DNA from: Takakia lepidozioides
Taxonomy: Eukaryota; Plantae; Bryophyta
Length of the DNA stretch: 64,000 bases
Reading direction: 5' to 3'
Assembly: GCA_030704615.1 (NCBI GenBank)
Contig: CM060734.1
Location: forward strand, 11,098,001 to 11,162,000
Shown: positions 25,501 through 38,100 of the stretch, piece by piece
Layout of the letters: every line of letters begins with the position of its first letter
Position numbering within the stretch: position 1 is the first letter of the stretch
Position numbers and translations under genes: made by a program
The notes under the pieces: generated by a model
Database searches by the model: none
Seen by the model: the letters and a program-made list of their open reading frames with translations, nothing else
Told to the model about the DNA's origin: nothing

Positions 25501-28500
25501 TAAGCTCACAGTGGCTGGTTCTTCTAGGATTTCTATTTCTCCTTCTCTCTCTTCATAGAAATGTGATGGGTAAATGCTGGTTTCCTCTTCAGTTGGTGTT
25601 GCTGTCACTACACCACAGCAGATACCTCTCAAACAACTTAGGCTTTCCAGCCGCATCTCTGCAACCTGCTCCCACTCTGGGTGTGCAGCAAATAGGGTAG
25701 CTTCCTGCTCCTCATCCAGTCCTCCTCTCCAGTCATACTCTCTGACTCCTCGAGGTCTTCTTGTAGCAGGTAATCTACTAGATTTCTTTGTGGTAATTTG
25801 TATCTCGTGTATCCCATTATGCACGGTTAGTAACTGAGAATTCCAGTCATGGAATACCCTGGCCTGTTTCAGCCACGGACGTCCCAATAATAAGGAGTAA
25901 GCCTCCATGACTTCATCCATTTTTAATACAGTTACTGTGATCATAAAGATCATTTTCTGTATCTGTATCTTAACTCCTCTTATTAATCCCAATGGCTGCA
26001 CACTTCTTTGATCTGCCATTGTTACTGTAAATGGGGCTGGTTTCATGTTACTTAGACCAAGCTTCTTCCTTAATTGGTCTGTCATGATATTTACTCCAGA
26101 ACCACCATCTATCAGTACATCAGTTAGTTCTGTGCTTCCAATTCTCAATTGGATTACTGGCATAGAATCATCAAAGTCCATGACTGGTTCTCGCCCTTCC
26201 GGCTTCACATTATAACTGGTCACCTTGCTGTTCAGGTCTGTGTTTCCTGTCTCTTGGGCAATTCGATTGATTGCCTGATACAGCCTGTGCCTACAATAAG
26301 GTGCCACAGCTAATAGCTGTCCAATGGTAATTTCTGCTTTGGTCTGACATATTACTGCAGCCAAAGTCTCTTCATTACTTTGCATGTCTGCATCTTCTTT
26401 TTTCCTTTCTTCCTCACTCCCTTCTTTTTCTCCATCCGAATCAGAGGAATCTGCCACAGGAATATCAGTACTCTTTTGCATTTCCCTTATAGTATCTGCC
26501 ACTTCCTTGTGCAGTTCCTTCTCATCTTTCCAAGTCTCTTCATCTTCAGGCATATCATTGCCACTTCCAGTCTCATCTTCTTCCTCTTCTACTGGAGGTA
26601 TTAGTTTGGCTTTACTTCTTGTTACTATCATTGTACTTACTTCTGGTACAACACATGGCCTAACCATGTGAGCTGCCACCACTGGGCCCTCATTCACAGG
26701 AGCTCTCATCTCATTCTGGTGTCTTATCCAGAATGAACAGGCTGCCTTGCGATGTCCTGGCTGATTACAATAGTAACATAGCTCTTCACCATTGGGTCCT
26801 CGCCCTTGGTCTGTTCTTGGATTATTTCTATAATCCTGATTCCCGGGCTGGTAATTCCCCCTTGGATTACCCTGATAGTTGCCTCTGGAATTTCCTTGGT
26901 AATTCCCTCTTGAATTACCTCTCCCTTCCATGCCATTGTTATAACCACCAGACCTACCATAGTGGTCCTGATCATTGTTTCTTCTTGGCTGGGGCTGCAC
27001 CTGATGCACCCTTACTTGCCTAGGTTCTCTTGCAGCTGTCCTTCTGTTGTAGTAACAATTCTCAGTAGAATGGTTATCCATTTTACAGATAGTACAGTGT
27101 TTCTCCTTCATGTGGCATTCTGTGGTGGTATGGCCTTCATTCTGGCACTTTGCACACCATACACCCTTCCTCCAATGTGTTGCAGCCTCTGTGGCATACT
27201 TCTTCAAGATTTCTTCCAATTTTTTTTCATAGTTATCCCTCTTCAACTTCTCCTTTCTCTTACTCTTTCTTTTTAGTTCTTGCTCTTCTTCTTCATCTGA
27301 CTCATCCTCAGAGTCCTCATCTTCTTTTTTCTCTCTCCTGAGCATTCCCAATTGCTCAATTCTGTTCGCAGTTTCAAATGCCTCCTCCACTGTGTTATGG
27401 GGTAACATATCCACTTTCTTTTGCAACTCTGGTCTTAATCCACTCACAAACCAAGTCTTCTGTAAACCGGGCGCTGGTACTGCAGCCAGCTTTTTCATCA
27501 TCAATTCCATCTTCTCCATATACTCTTCAACAGTTTCATGCTTCTTCTGCTTCAGCTGTTGTAAACTTCCATACACTTCATCCTCAGTTTTACTTGTCCT
27601 GAACCTATTTCGAAATGCTGTATTCAAGCCATTCCAGGTTAGGAAATGATTATCAGGGAATCTTGCATACCATTCACTTGCTTTCTTGATAAGTGAACAA
27701 GGAAACAGTCTCATCTTGGCATCATCGCCATTCTCATTGTTCACTATACACATGTGCTCAAATTGGCTAATGTGTACATCGGGATCCCCTTTTCCTGAAT
27801 ATATTGGAAAGGGTGGTTTTGCCCGTGTTGGTTGTAACGCCATCTGTGGCCCTACCTTCTGCCCACTGACAGGTGCTGGCACCCTTGCTGGTGCTGGTCC
27901 TTCTGGACCTGTTGTTTTTGTGGTGGATCTTCCACCAAGTGGTGGCCCTTGAGCACTCCTTGCTTCTGGTCCCACGATATTCACAGTATTCCCAGCTTCA
28001 GTTGCACTACTTCCCACACTCCCTGTCCCCCCAGAGCCAGATCCAGGCAGCCCGCCTGATCCCCCTGAGCCGACACCTTCGTTGGCCTGTGATCCAAGTG
28101 CTCCACTTGATCCAGGTCCAACGGGTTGGGATGTCCTGGTTGTAGTCTCAACCTCAGCTGTTGGGTCTACTTCTTCATATTCTTCCTCTTCTAATTTCTT
28201 CTCTCTGTTTTCATCCTCCAAGTTCTGCCCTTGGGTTTCTTCTTCACTCATGTAACTCAACTGTAATGGTGTTGGAGAGTCTGAACTCTCCGTTGGCTCT
28301 GCCACATCCTCTTCTCCTTCTTCATCTTCTGCTTCAGAAACTGGAGTTCCTGCTTTTGGTGTTCCATGCCAACTCTTATCAAAGATTTCTGTCAAGTCTT
28401 TTATCCAAGGATGTACCTCAGATCTTTCACCTCGTGATTGATCTTCTTCCTGTACCAATTCCCTTAATCTTTCTTGCAAAGAAACAGAAGGAGTGGCATC

Positions 28501-28674
28501 CAACTCTAGTTCTTCCGGTATAGGTGATGCACTCTTTGATCTTGATGGTGTGAGAGGTCCAGATGATTCCCCTATGTCTATTCCTCTCTCCCAAAGATAT
28601 GGATAATTAGCTTTCAGATAGCTTTCTCTTTTTGCTGAATATCTCTGTCGTCTAGCTTCTCTTTCATCACTCAT
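22500..28674 (-). CDS. gag-pol polyprotein with two frameshifts (about 24560 and 24210)
   Basis: Zn knuckle CYYCNQPGHRKAAC, protease LIDGGSG, RT MPFGLCNAP/FLDDF, RNase H CDAS...YSTTERE, integrase HHCC and GLDF/SDQG/E. Confidence 0.95.
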
Positions 28675-28695
28675 GTCCCATGTCTTTCATTTCTT

Positions 28696-29391
28696 TTAAT
28701 GTGGCAATAACCAAAACTCTCTTCTGTAATATCTCTCGTATATGCCTGGGTTTCTTTCAAGCTTCAATGCACCCTTGGCTATACTTGAAGTCTCCGTTAC
28801 CATATAACCATATGGCAAACAAGTCTGAAAAGCTGTTCTTGGTGTGAGTTTGATCCACAAAATATCCTTTGGAATCCAATTCTTTACCAGTACAAGCTCT
28901 TCATGCATATGAGTATAAACATTCACCTTTCTTTCTTCCCAGCCTTCAAACTCTACTCGTTTAATGGATAGCAATGCTATCACATAAACCAATGTTGGTA
29001 ACCAACGTGCTCTTCCTCTACAGGCTACCTGATAAATCTTTATCACTCCTTTCTCCAGACCCCATTCTGGATCAGCATCATGCACTCGTTTAAGAATATT
29101 TTCTTTACAACCGTCTGGCAATTCCAAGAACCTTTGAAAGAATCGTTTGGACAATCTTTCTTCCTTCGTTCCACAGGGAATTTGATTCACTTCAAATTCT
29201 TTAATGGTCCAACCACCATGATCCCACCAGATGCCTGTCACATCTGGTTGTTCATGTCCCAGGTCCCCAGTATGGTCGCCAAATGTCGCGCGGCTTTTAC
29301 TCACCCATCCCTTCGCTATCCGAGGCGGAAACTCCAAGATAGAAGAGTTGGAAATCTCTAAGTACTCAGCCCGCGCAGAACAATCAGTCAT
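28696..29391 (-). CDS. Extra 231-aa ORF upstream of gag, function unknown
   Basis: Uninterrupted ORF starting inside the 5' LTR and ending 21 nt before the gag ATG. Confidence 0.5.
   Translation of the reverse strand: MTDCSARAEYLEISNSSILEFPPRIAKGWVSKSRATFGDHTGDLGHEQPDVTGIWWDHGGWTIKEFEVNQIPCGTKEERLSKRFFQRFLELPDGCKENILKRVHDADPEWGLEKGVIKIYQVACRGRARWLPTLVYVIALLSIKRVEFEGWEERKVNVYTHMHEELVLVKNWIPKDILWIKLTPRTAFQTCLPYGYMVTETSSIAKGALKLERNPGIYERYYRREFWLLPH
29263..29281 (-). promoter_or_regulatory. Primer binding site (probably tRNA-Arg)
   Basis: TGGCGACCATACTGGGGAC 2 nt after the CA end of the LTR. Confidence 0.8.
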
Positions 29392-30356
29392 GACCTACAG
29401 CTAGTGTATCATGGGGGTGTTTCCTATTTGTTTCCCTTTCCGCATTCATCTTAGCTACCTTACCATTGATAATTAAATATCAGTTTGCTTCATCAATCTA
29501 TCGGTTTCCTTCACTCATCCATTCAATCCACAGCTTCACTCAGATCTCTCTACACAGTGTGATTGTATCGTATAAGTATCAGATTATGATTTATCAGGTA
29601 TCAGGCCGAAGCCATTATGTCTCTAATCTGCTCTACAATATCACTACAGCTTTGCATATAACAAGCATCTACTAATCCTCTTTCCTCCTTCACCGTGCTC
29701 TCCATCTTTTGCTTCCGATCTCCGCTCCAGCCTGACTAAGAAGTCCTCCTCTGAAGAATGATAATCCCCTCCTTCCTTCCCCGTTTTCCCTTTATCTTCC
29801 TATCCGCAGTTCTAACCGTTTCCCTCACTAACCGTCGTCTGTGAACTAACATGTTCCCTTCGCAGGTGTTGTTCCCCACAGTCGTTCCCTGTCCTACTCT
29901 TCGTTCCCTATGATCGTGACAGCTGTGTCAAGCTGTGACTGGCTGTGTGAAACTGTGACGGGCTGTGACTGGCTGTGCGACTGTGTTTGGCTGTGTCGGG
30001 CTGTGACTGGCTGTGTGGCTGTGCCGGGCTGTGTCGGCTGTGTCGGCTGTGTTGGCTGTGTTGGCTGTGTCGGCTGTGACGACTGTGACGGGCTGTGTTG
30101 ACTGTGTTGGCTGTGTGGACTGTGACGGCTGTGTTGGCTGTGACGACTGTGACGACTGTGACGGGCTGTGTCGGCTGTGTTGGCTGTGTGGACTGTGACG
30201 GCTGTGTTGGCTGTGACGACTGTGACGGCTGTGTAACCCCCCTCTACAGTGCGCTGCTGTCACCCCTAAGGCTCCTGTTGGTCTCAGTCTGTGCAAAATT
30301 TAAGGGTACCCTACAGATCCCGTATAAGTGTCTAAGTCCCCTACAGTCCTCTAACA
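29284..30356 (-). repeat. 5' LTR (1073 bp) with internal CTGTG-based tandem repeats
   Basis: TG...CA ends; matches the 3' LTR. Confidence 0.95.
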
Positions 30357-30380
30357 ATCCCTCTTTTGTTGGATGTGCAG

Positions 30381-31545
30381 ACATTGGTGTTTGAGGCATA
30401 TTGCTTTGTGAAGAGAGGGTCTACGTTTAAATTCCGCAACGACGGTCGTCTTGTTGATGCCGTTGTGGACCCTGTTACCTACGATGTCCTCTACAACTAT
30501 GTGCCCCACTCCAGTATGCCGAAGGACACAAAGACAGGCAAACCGTGGCGGTACAGCCGGACCCGGAGCCCTGCTTTCATCCAAACCCTCATGGAGACGT
30601 GCTCGGATGTCCAAGGGCTGATTCTTGACCTCACATGTGGCACGGGTAAGCCTTCACGTGCTCAGTTTGTCCCCAGGCCCGATTGCAATTGCATGCCACA
30701 AGCTATTAACCGCCCGCTTTGTTCCTCAGGTGCTTCAATGTGGGCAGGGACGTTGTCCGACAGGCATGTGTTCGCCTTCGAGCCAGATACTGCCCTCCAC
30801 AACTTGGAACTTGCAGCGGCTGAACGTTTGCCCAAAGAGGAAGAGGCACCCTTGGAGGATGAGGAAAAATTCGAGAAGGAGCAGGGGGAGGAACAAGTTG
30901 GGATCGAGGCCGAGGAGCCCCCGGTTTACGAGTGAGTGGTCGCATTGTTAGTTGCCTCCAGATTTTGTGAGGCACCTCCCTTCGCTCTCTTATTTCATTG
31001 GAAAACCCTTTCTGCTTCTGCTGGTATTGACATTCTTGAAGTGGATTTGTTCTTACTGTAGGATGTCATGTACTGCAGGAGGGACGTCTACACCGAAGTT
31101 CATGGGCAGGAGGAACGTGCCTTTTTTTGCCCGGGGGGATTTCATGCCTAGTCCAGAAAGGGACTACATCCTTCCTACTTATGCTGCCCGGCTTGCTTTG
31201 GTGTCCATTAGGAGGTCTTCCGAACCTAGTCGTGTACAACAGATTTTAGACGAGGCAAGCCTCAAGAAAATGAAGATGAGGGAGGAAGCAACAGATATTA
31301 GAGCCCGTCGGGCTCGTAGATTTGTCTTGGATTCTGCTAAGGAAAGTGGGGGAGAAGAGGAAGAAGATTCCCAGGAGGTGAGGTGGACAGTCCCCTAAGG
31401 AGAGGACGGAATTTTTGAGAGGCATAGTGCAACCGATGCATCACAGAGCTCAGAGGATGGGGGGGATGAGGGGGATGAGGAAGAAGGAGGGCCAAGTTCC
31501 TCGGAAGGTGTAGGAGAGTAGTTCCCATTCCTACTATGTCAGTTA
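30381..31545 (+). pseudogene. 3' exons of a TE cargo gene encoding an amino-methyltransferase-like (N4C/N6A) SAM-binding region and an acidic tail
   Basis: Splicing the GT-AG intron at 30646-30729 gives RSPAFIQTLMETCSDVQGLILDLTCGTGASMWAGTLSDRHVFAFE, which matches beta-class motifs X-I-II. The 3' limit is approximate. Confidence 0.65.
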
Positions 31546-31734
31546 GGACACACTTGTATAGACGTGGCTTGCCACAAAATTTGCAATAAAATGTTGCATT
31601 TCATTGCTATGACGAGTCCACATGACCCTATTTTCGTGCCTCCTAACCCTATTTCCGTGGACACACAATGGCCCGCTCATGTTTTTTTTTTTTCCGCTCA
31701 TGCTCATGCCGCTCATGAAATAGCAGCCCCCCCA

Positions 31735-31810
31735 TCAAGTAGTAAGATTTGACCCCAGAATCATCCGCGTCGCACTCAATGCACTTAACCAAACTGAGCT
31801 ACTGATTGTT
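31735..31810 (-). other. Degenerate tRNA-derived sequence
   Basis: A-box-like GTAGCTCAGTTTGGTTA and B-box-like GGGTCAAATC; the stems do not close well. Confidence 0.4.
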
Positions 31811-31837
31811 GGTAGATATTAAAAAATCGGAAAATTA

Positions 31838-32185
31838 TGCGACCACCCCCCTACGACCACCCCCCTGCTGGTGATCGCATCTATTAAAGAAAAGGAAAAT
31901 AGTGCGACCACCAGCAGGTGGTGGTCGCGCCTATTTGTTTTAAACAAAATTTCTGCGACCACCCCTCTGCTGGTGGTCGCGCCTATTTTTTTTTAAAAAA
32001 AATCTGCGACCACCCCCCTGTTGGTGGTCACACCCATTAAAAAACATAAACAAATCTGCGACCACCCCCCTGCTGGTGGTCGCACCTATTGAAAAAAATA
32101 AAAAATTTGCGACCACCCCCCTGCTGGTGGTCGAACATAACAAAGAAAAAAAAAAATGTGACCACCCCTGCTGGCGGTCGCAGCT
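31838..32185. repeat. Hairpin-repeat array TGCGACCACC-N-GGTGGTCGCA with A/T-rich spacers
   Basis: About 7 units, period about 50 bp. Confidence 0.9.
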
Positions 32186-32608
32186 ATTACTAGCATGCGC
32201 AGTCATGATGACAGCGTGCGCCCCGAGTGTGGAGGGGGGGCTTATAAGGCCTTGGAGGCCATTCTCTCCCTCACTTTTCTCCACACCAGGACTTGGTGGG
32301 CGATGGGATGTTGCATTCCTTGTCATTGAGTTCAAGTGGAGAGGGGTGCTATTGGTTGGGTGGGGGTATTCTGGGCCGTTGGATTCTACGAAATCGATGC
32401 TGAGTACCTCCCGGGAAGCCCTCCTCTAGCACCCACGTTTTTTTCATTGCACATTGCGTCATATCACTTAGAACTGCCGAGGGAGTGACATGTGCCTCTA
32501 GTACTTGGGGAGGATTCATTAGGGAGTAGGATTAGGTACGATTTAGGAGGGTTGAGAGAGCATTTTTCTTAGCAAACACTTGTCGAGTAGGGGTAAGCCA
32601 AAGCCATA

Positions 32609-35157
32609 AATGGCGGAGGAGGAAGACAGAGGAGGTCATCCCAGGGATGACGATAATGAACCTGGACCTCCAAAAAAAAAACCAAAAGGGGCCAGGCGTG
32701 AACTTCATTGGGACATATACAATGACCCCAACATTCTTGCGGAACTAGGTTGGGAAGTTTGGAAGTTGGGGCAGCGGTGGTCGCTTGGTGACTGCAGGAA
32801 ATTTGTGGACTGGTGTCACATAAATCGTTTGTGGCCCAGAGATAGGCATGATCCACAAACCAAACAAAATCAAGCTAGCTTGCATTCCTGCGCCAACCCG
32901 CATTTCCGCCACAGGGCAGAGGAGGTACATACAACATTGTGGGGTCAACCGCTCATCAACAACAAGGTCCCGTATTTATTTGCGGCCATGTTGTACACAA
33001 AGTTGATTTTATTGCGACCAGTGGATTGGCAAACTGCCACTATGAGACAGCGTACTAGACTATACATGTTCTCTGATATCCCAGACTTGTATATATGTCA
33101 GGGGCAGGACATCATACGGTTTGATGGAAATGACGAGGTGGAAAAAGGAGGAAAGACGGATGGAAACGACGATGTGGAAGAAGGAGGAAATGCAGACCAA
33201 CCTCCAGATTATACGCCGTAACAGGTTTCTGCAGCCGGGACTTCAACATCTGAGGTGGAGGGGGGCGAGGTACGCTCTCCGTTGGAGGAACAGTTGGCCG
33301 CACATGAACAACACATCAAAGACCTGCAGGACATTGTTCATTTGCAACGGTGGCAAATAGCGAAGTTGCTGGAAAGAATGGGGTTGGGGACTCTCGACAG
33401 CGTACGCGGTGTGCTTCAGGATCCGAGGCCAATCACCAACGAGCAAGACATATTGGCGCATTTGAATATGCCACCAATGGACATTGACCGCGTCATCGAC
33501 GGGGTTGACTCAATCGGGCATGGGAATGAAGTGCAAACGTCTGAACTGGACCCGGCGAGGGTTGAGAAAGAAAGAATTGCGGCGGAGAGGGCAAGAAAAG
33601 GGAAGAACCCCATAGTGGAAACTGAGGAATGTTCAGCCGTGCAAATTACATCGGCCCAAGAACAGGAATTAGAGCAGCTTGTGGGGGAACGCGAGCAAGT
33701 TAGGGTTGATGCGTATCGGTACTCAAATGCCATGCAAATCCGATCGTGGCCATGGTTGAAGGGGAATTGGCGGAATTAGGTGACATGGGTGGGCCATCTA
33801 GCATCGCGGGAAACACGGATAGAAGAAGCGTTGTCATCCCTCCAACGTGCAGCACGTTTGTCGAATCGAAGCGTAGATAGCATCTATGCTAATTTGCAAA
33901 GGCACGACACTGTGCGTGAAGTATTCACGTCGAAGTACACTGGATTCACCACATGGGGTGATGTGCATGCCATATTTGAGCACTGTGTGCATACAATTTC
34001 CGATACCAATAACAACATAAACTGGGATTTGGAAGTAGAGGAGGAGTGGGACACCAGGCCGAGGATGTCATCCTACATTAATGAGGATAAACGGACGTGG
34101 ATACCATAGAGCAATACAGCGTCATGGGTAACAGATGGTACGGTGTGCACAATGTGCCTAAACCCTTATAGATCGGAGGGAGGCTATATGTTTGGTTCAT
34201 GTGGCCATTTGTTCCATCCCACATGTCTCATATCGGCAGCCATGCGAGCCAGCCAATGCCCTGATTGCCGTGGACCAATCCATCGACGTTTCTACGAGTT
34301 GTTTGGGTTGCAAGACAATATGCCCACGGGATACGAGTACAACCGGTACAACATGCCATTGGATGTATCCCTTACAATTTTTAAATTGGCAGCATTGGGG
34401 GAGACAATGACATGGGATGCTCCAAGAGAGATGCACGCCTTGGATGCGAAGACGTTAACTAGGGTTAAAGATCCGGTGACCTTTTGGGTGACATCCAACT
34501 GGGAAATAACTGTGCGTGCTAGAGGCATACGGGACCCAGTCCAAAAGGAGTTTTTTTGCTGGAACTTGGGAGGGCATTGGAGTTGTATCAGACAAAGATT
34601 CTTCCGACTGCCTGAGGATCCGTGGGTGCCAGCGGAAAACGATCCATACAATCGCGAACCGATTGGGAGAGACCTATTTCTAAGGGAGTTGGAGGCCGCT
34701 AGCATCCGTTGGGAGGATATGAATGAGACATACTGGGTGCCTCGTCGGGATGATGGGCCATTTCTTCTAGAGTTGCGCAGAGCCCCAGCAGGAGGAGGTG
34801 TTGGACAATTTCAAGGCTGCCATCACGAGTGTTCTAAAGTATTGGCAGAACACATGGCGTGACCAAGTTGCCCCTATTCACCGGGGTGTTCTTGCCACTT
34901 CCAATATATCGGATTTAATTGAAAAATTGCATGTCGCCGTAGCAAGAGCGACACACCCGGCTTTGGCAAATGTGGAAGAGAGTCAGCACTCGCCTAGAAT
35001 GCTACGCATGATGGCAAGGGTGGACCACACAACACTGGGTCCCTCTTTGACCACTCGAACCCAGGCTCGAGCTCTCCGTACTGGTGGAGGCACATCCTCT
35101 ACACCCGGAGCATCTTCATCAACATCTGGAGATGACGACAACGAAGTAATAATCTAG
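32609..35157 (+). pseudogene. TE cargo gene with coiled coil and RING-H2 finger, disrupted
   Basis: CTMC...CGHLFHPTC...CPDC at 34146-34268, within a chain of same-strand ORFs broken by stops and frameshifts. Confidence 0.75.
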
Positions 35158-35199
35158 AGGAAGATGACTAAAAAGGCTAGAAACGTAGGGAGTAGGCCA

Positions 35200-38100
35200 A
35201 AGATCTCAGGTTGCGAAAACTTAATTGTGCAACCCACTGTATAGTCTACGTAATTTTTGGAAATACGAGGTTCATCCTTTGAACCATTTTTGAATGACCT
35301 CATACTTGTTCGGTACCTGTTTGACGGCATGTACAATATACTGGCAAAGTTTCAAAACAATCAAAAATTGCTGAATGAAGATACCATTGGTTCACCCATT
35401 GCAATATTTTAAATCGAACTCATACTTGTCCAGTACCTTTAAGAGGGCATGTACAATGCAATGGAAAAGTTTGAAAGCATTCAGAAATCGGCACATCAAG
35501 TAACCATTGGTTCCTCCTGTGAACCATTTTTTTATTGATCTCATACTTCTCCGGTCCATGTAAGAGGCATGTAGAACTACTGGCAAAATTTCAAATCATT
35601 CAAATTTTTTTTATCAAGGAACCTTTGGTTTATCCTTTTCACCATAGCCAATAAATAGGTTTGCACTGCCTTTCAGTGGGGTTTTCTGGCACGTATCGAT
35701 TTTGTTTTTGGCTCAATTTTGTTCTGCGGCTTCCAGCATCCCACGGCTACTCCCCCGCAAAATTTGGACCAATCAAAAATGCCCCCCCAAAAAAGGTGTT
35801 CTCTTTCACTCACTATTGCAGAACTCTCTATGAAGAGTGCATGAAGTAGAACACAAATCAAGTTTGGGAGTGCAAAACAGGAAGAAACCGGGTTTTGGAT
35901 CCAAATGAATTTGATCGCTCCCAAATTTGGCACGCACATTGCATACTGCTACATTACCGCCCCATTCAAAAACGGATGAAAACAAATCGTGGAGCACGCG
36001 AAACACAGTCCAACAGTTCGCTGGACTTGGCAAGTATCTTCAATGTACCATGGAAGAGGCCCCAGAGTAATATGAGATCAATCGAAATTCGTTCGATGGG
36101 CCAACGGATGGTTGCCCATCCAAATGATTTTCGTTCCCTTTGAGACTTGGCCAGTGTGTTCAATGTACCCTCTGATAGGTCCCAGTGTAATATGAGATCA
36201 ATCCAAATTCGTTCGATGGGCAAATCAAGTTTGGAGTGCAAAACAGGAAAGAATTGTGGTTTTGGGTCCAATGAATTATGCTCGCTCCCAAATTTGCACG
36301 CACGTTGCATATGGCTACATTATTACACGCCCCATTCAAAAACCGAATAAAAAAAAATCGTGAGCACGCGAAACACAGTCCAACAGGTCCCAAAGCAATA
36401 GCAGATCCAACAAAATACATTCAACGGGTGAACGGATGGTTGCCTATCCAAATCATTTTCGATGGCTCAACAGATGGTTGGCCATCGAGATGATTTTTGG
36501 TTCGCTTTGAGACTTGGCTAGTATGTTCAATGTGCCATGGAAGAGGCCCAAAGTTATGAGACAATCGAAATTTCGTTCAATGGGCCAACGGATGGTTGCC
36601 CTCCAAATGATTTTCATTCCCTTTGAGACTTGGCAGTGTGTTCAATGTACCCTCTGATAGGTCCCAGTGTAATAGAGATCACAATCCAAATTGTTTCGAT
36701 GGGCCAATGAGGCGTTCCAGTTGTCATCTGGTTTTTGCTCATTGCGAACAAGAATCCTGCAATGCGTGACGGCTATTGCAACCCATTTGAACGGATGTGG
36801 TTGAAGCCCCCCTCTTTGCCCGCATGTCTTGAACAGTGTGCGACGCATGTGCGGAGACACAACAACGAATAAATCATTTGCCTCCCCATCGCCACCAAGC
36901 CGTTCCATAATTAATTGAATTTAAATTAATTTTAAGCCCATAAATAGGTTTGCATTGCCTTTCATTGGGGGTTTCTGGCACGTATCGATTTTGTTTTTGG
37001 TCTCATTTTGTTCGCGGCTTCGAGCATCCCACCACTACTCCCTTCCCTTGCCAAACTTTGGACCAATCAAAAAATGCCCCGAAAAAAAAGTGTTCTCTTC
37101 GTTCACTATTGCAGAACTGTATATGAAGAGTGTCATAAAGTTGAACCACAAATCAGTTTTGGAGTGCAAAACAGGGAGAAATTGTGGTTTTTGGGTCCAA
37201 ATGAATTATTTCGCTCCCAATTGGCACGCACGTTGCATATGCTACATATACACAACGCCCCATTCAAAAACCCGAATAAAAAAACATCGTGAGCACGCGA
37301 AACAGGTCTCAAACAATAGCAGATCCAACGGAATACTTCAACGGGTGACGGATGGTTTGCCCATCCAATCATTTTTGTTTGCTTCCAAACTTTGCCAGTA
37401 CGTTTGAGACACCCTCTCACAGGTCTCGAACTAATATCGTTTCAATCGAAATTCATTTGATGGCTGAACGGATGGTTGGCCATCTAGATGATTTTGGTTC
37501 GCTTTGAGACTGGCAGTATGTATCAATGTGCCATGGAAGAGGCCCCCAAAGTAAGACGAGATCCACCGAAATTCGTCAATGGGCCGACAGATGGTTGCCA
37601 TCGAAATGATTTTCGTTCGCTCTTAGACTTGGCCAATGGTGTTCAATGTAACCCTCTGATATTCCAGTGTAATATGAGATCAATGCTTAACGATTAATCA
37701 TGAATCAGCCAACAGGGGAACGGTTGGTTCACCTTTTGAACATTTTAACATTTGAACATTGACATCATACTTGTCCAATAACTTTAAGATGACATGTAAA
37801 GACACTCGCAAAGTTTCAAATGAATCCAAAATCATTTGGCAGGGAATGATTGTTCACCAATAAGCCAATTTCAGGGGCTGAAATTGCCATTTATGGGGCT
37901 CGAATTGCCAATTTCAGGGGCTGGACTTGAAATTTGAGGGGCTAAAACTGCCATTCCAGGGGCTGCACTAGCAATTGCCATTTCACAGGCTACAGTTGCA
38001 ATTTGAGGGACGGGAATTGTCATTTCAAAGGCTAGAAGTGCAATTTGAGGGGTTGGAATTAAATTTCAGGGGCTTCAATTGCAATTTGAGGGGTTGGAAT

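Larger units (their letters stand above)
16963..30356 (-). mobile_element. Ty3/Gypsy LTR retrotransposon (non-chromovirus-like), near full length
   Basis: Two LTRs, PBS, PPT, and gag-PR-RT-RH-INT domain order. Confidence 0.96.
15248..31731 (+). mobile_element. GGGGG-terminal DNA element with about 130-bp imperfect TIRs (copy 2; spans the gap and the nested Gypsy)
   Basis: Left GGGGGCTGCTATTTCATGAGC...GTGTCCGCGGGAATAGGGTT; right AACCCTATTTCCGTGGACAC...GCTCATGAAATAGCAGCCCCC. No TSD is seen, so the two ends may belong to different copies. Confidence 0.6.
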
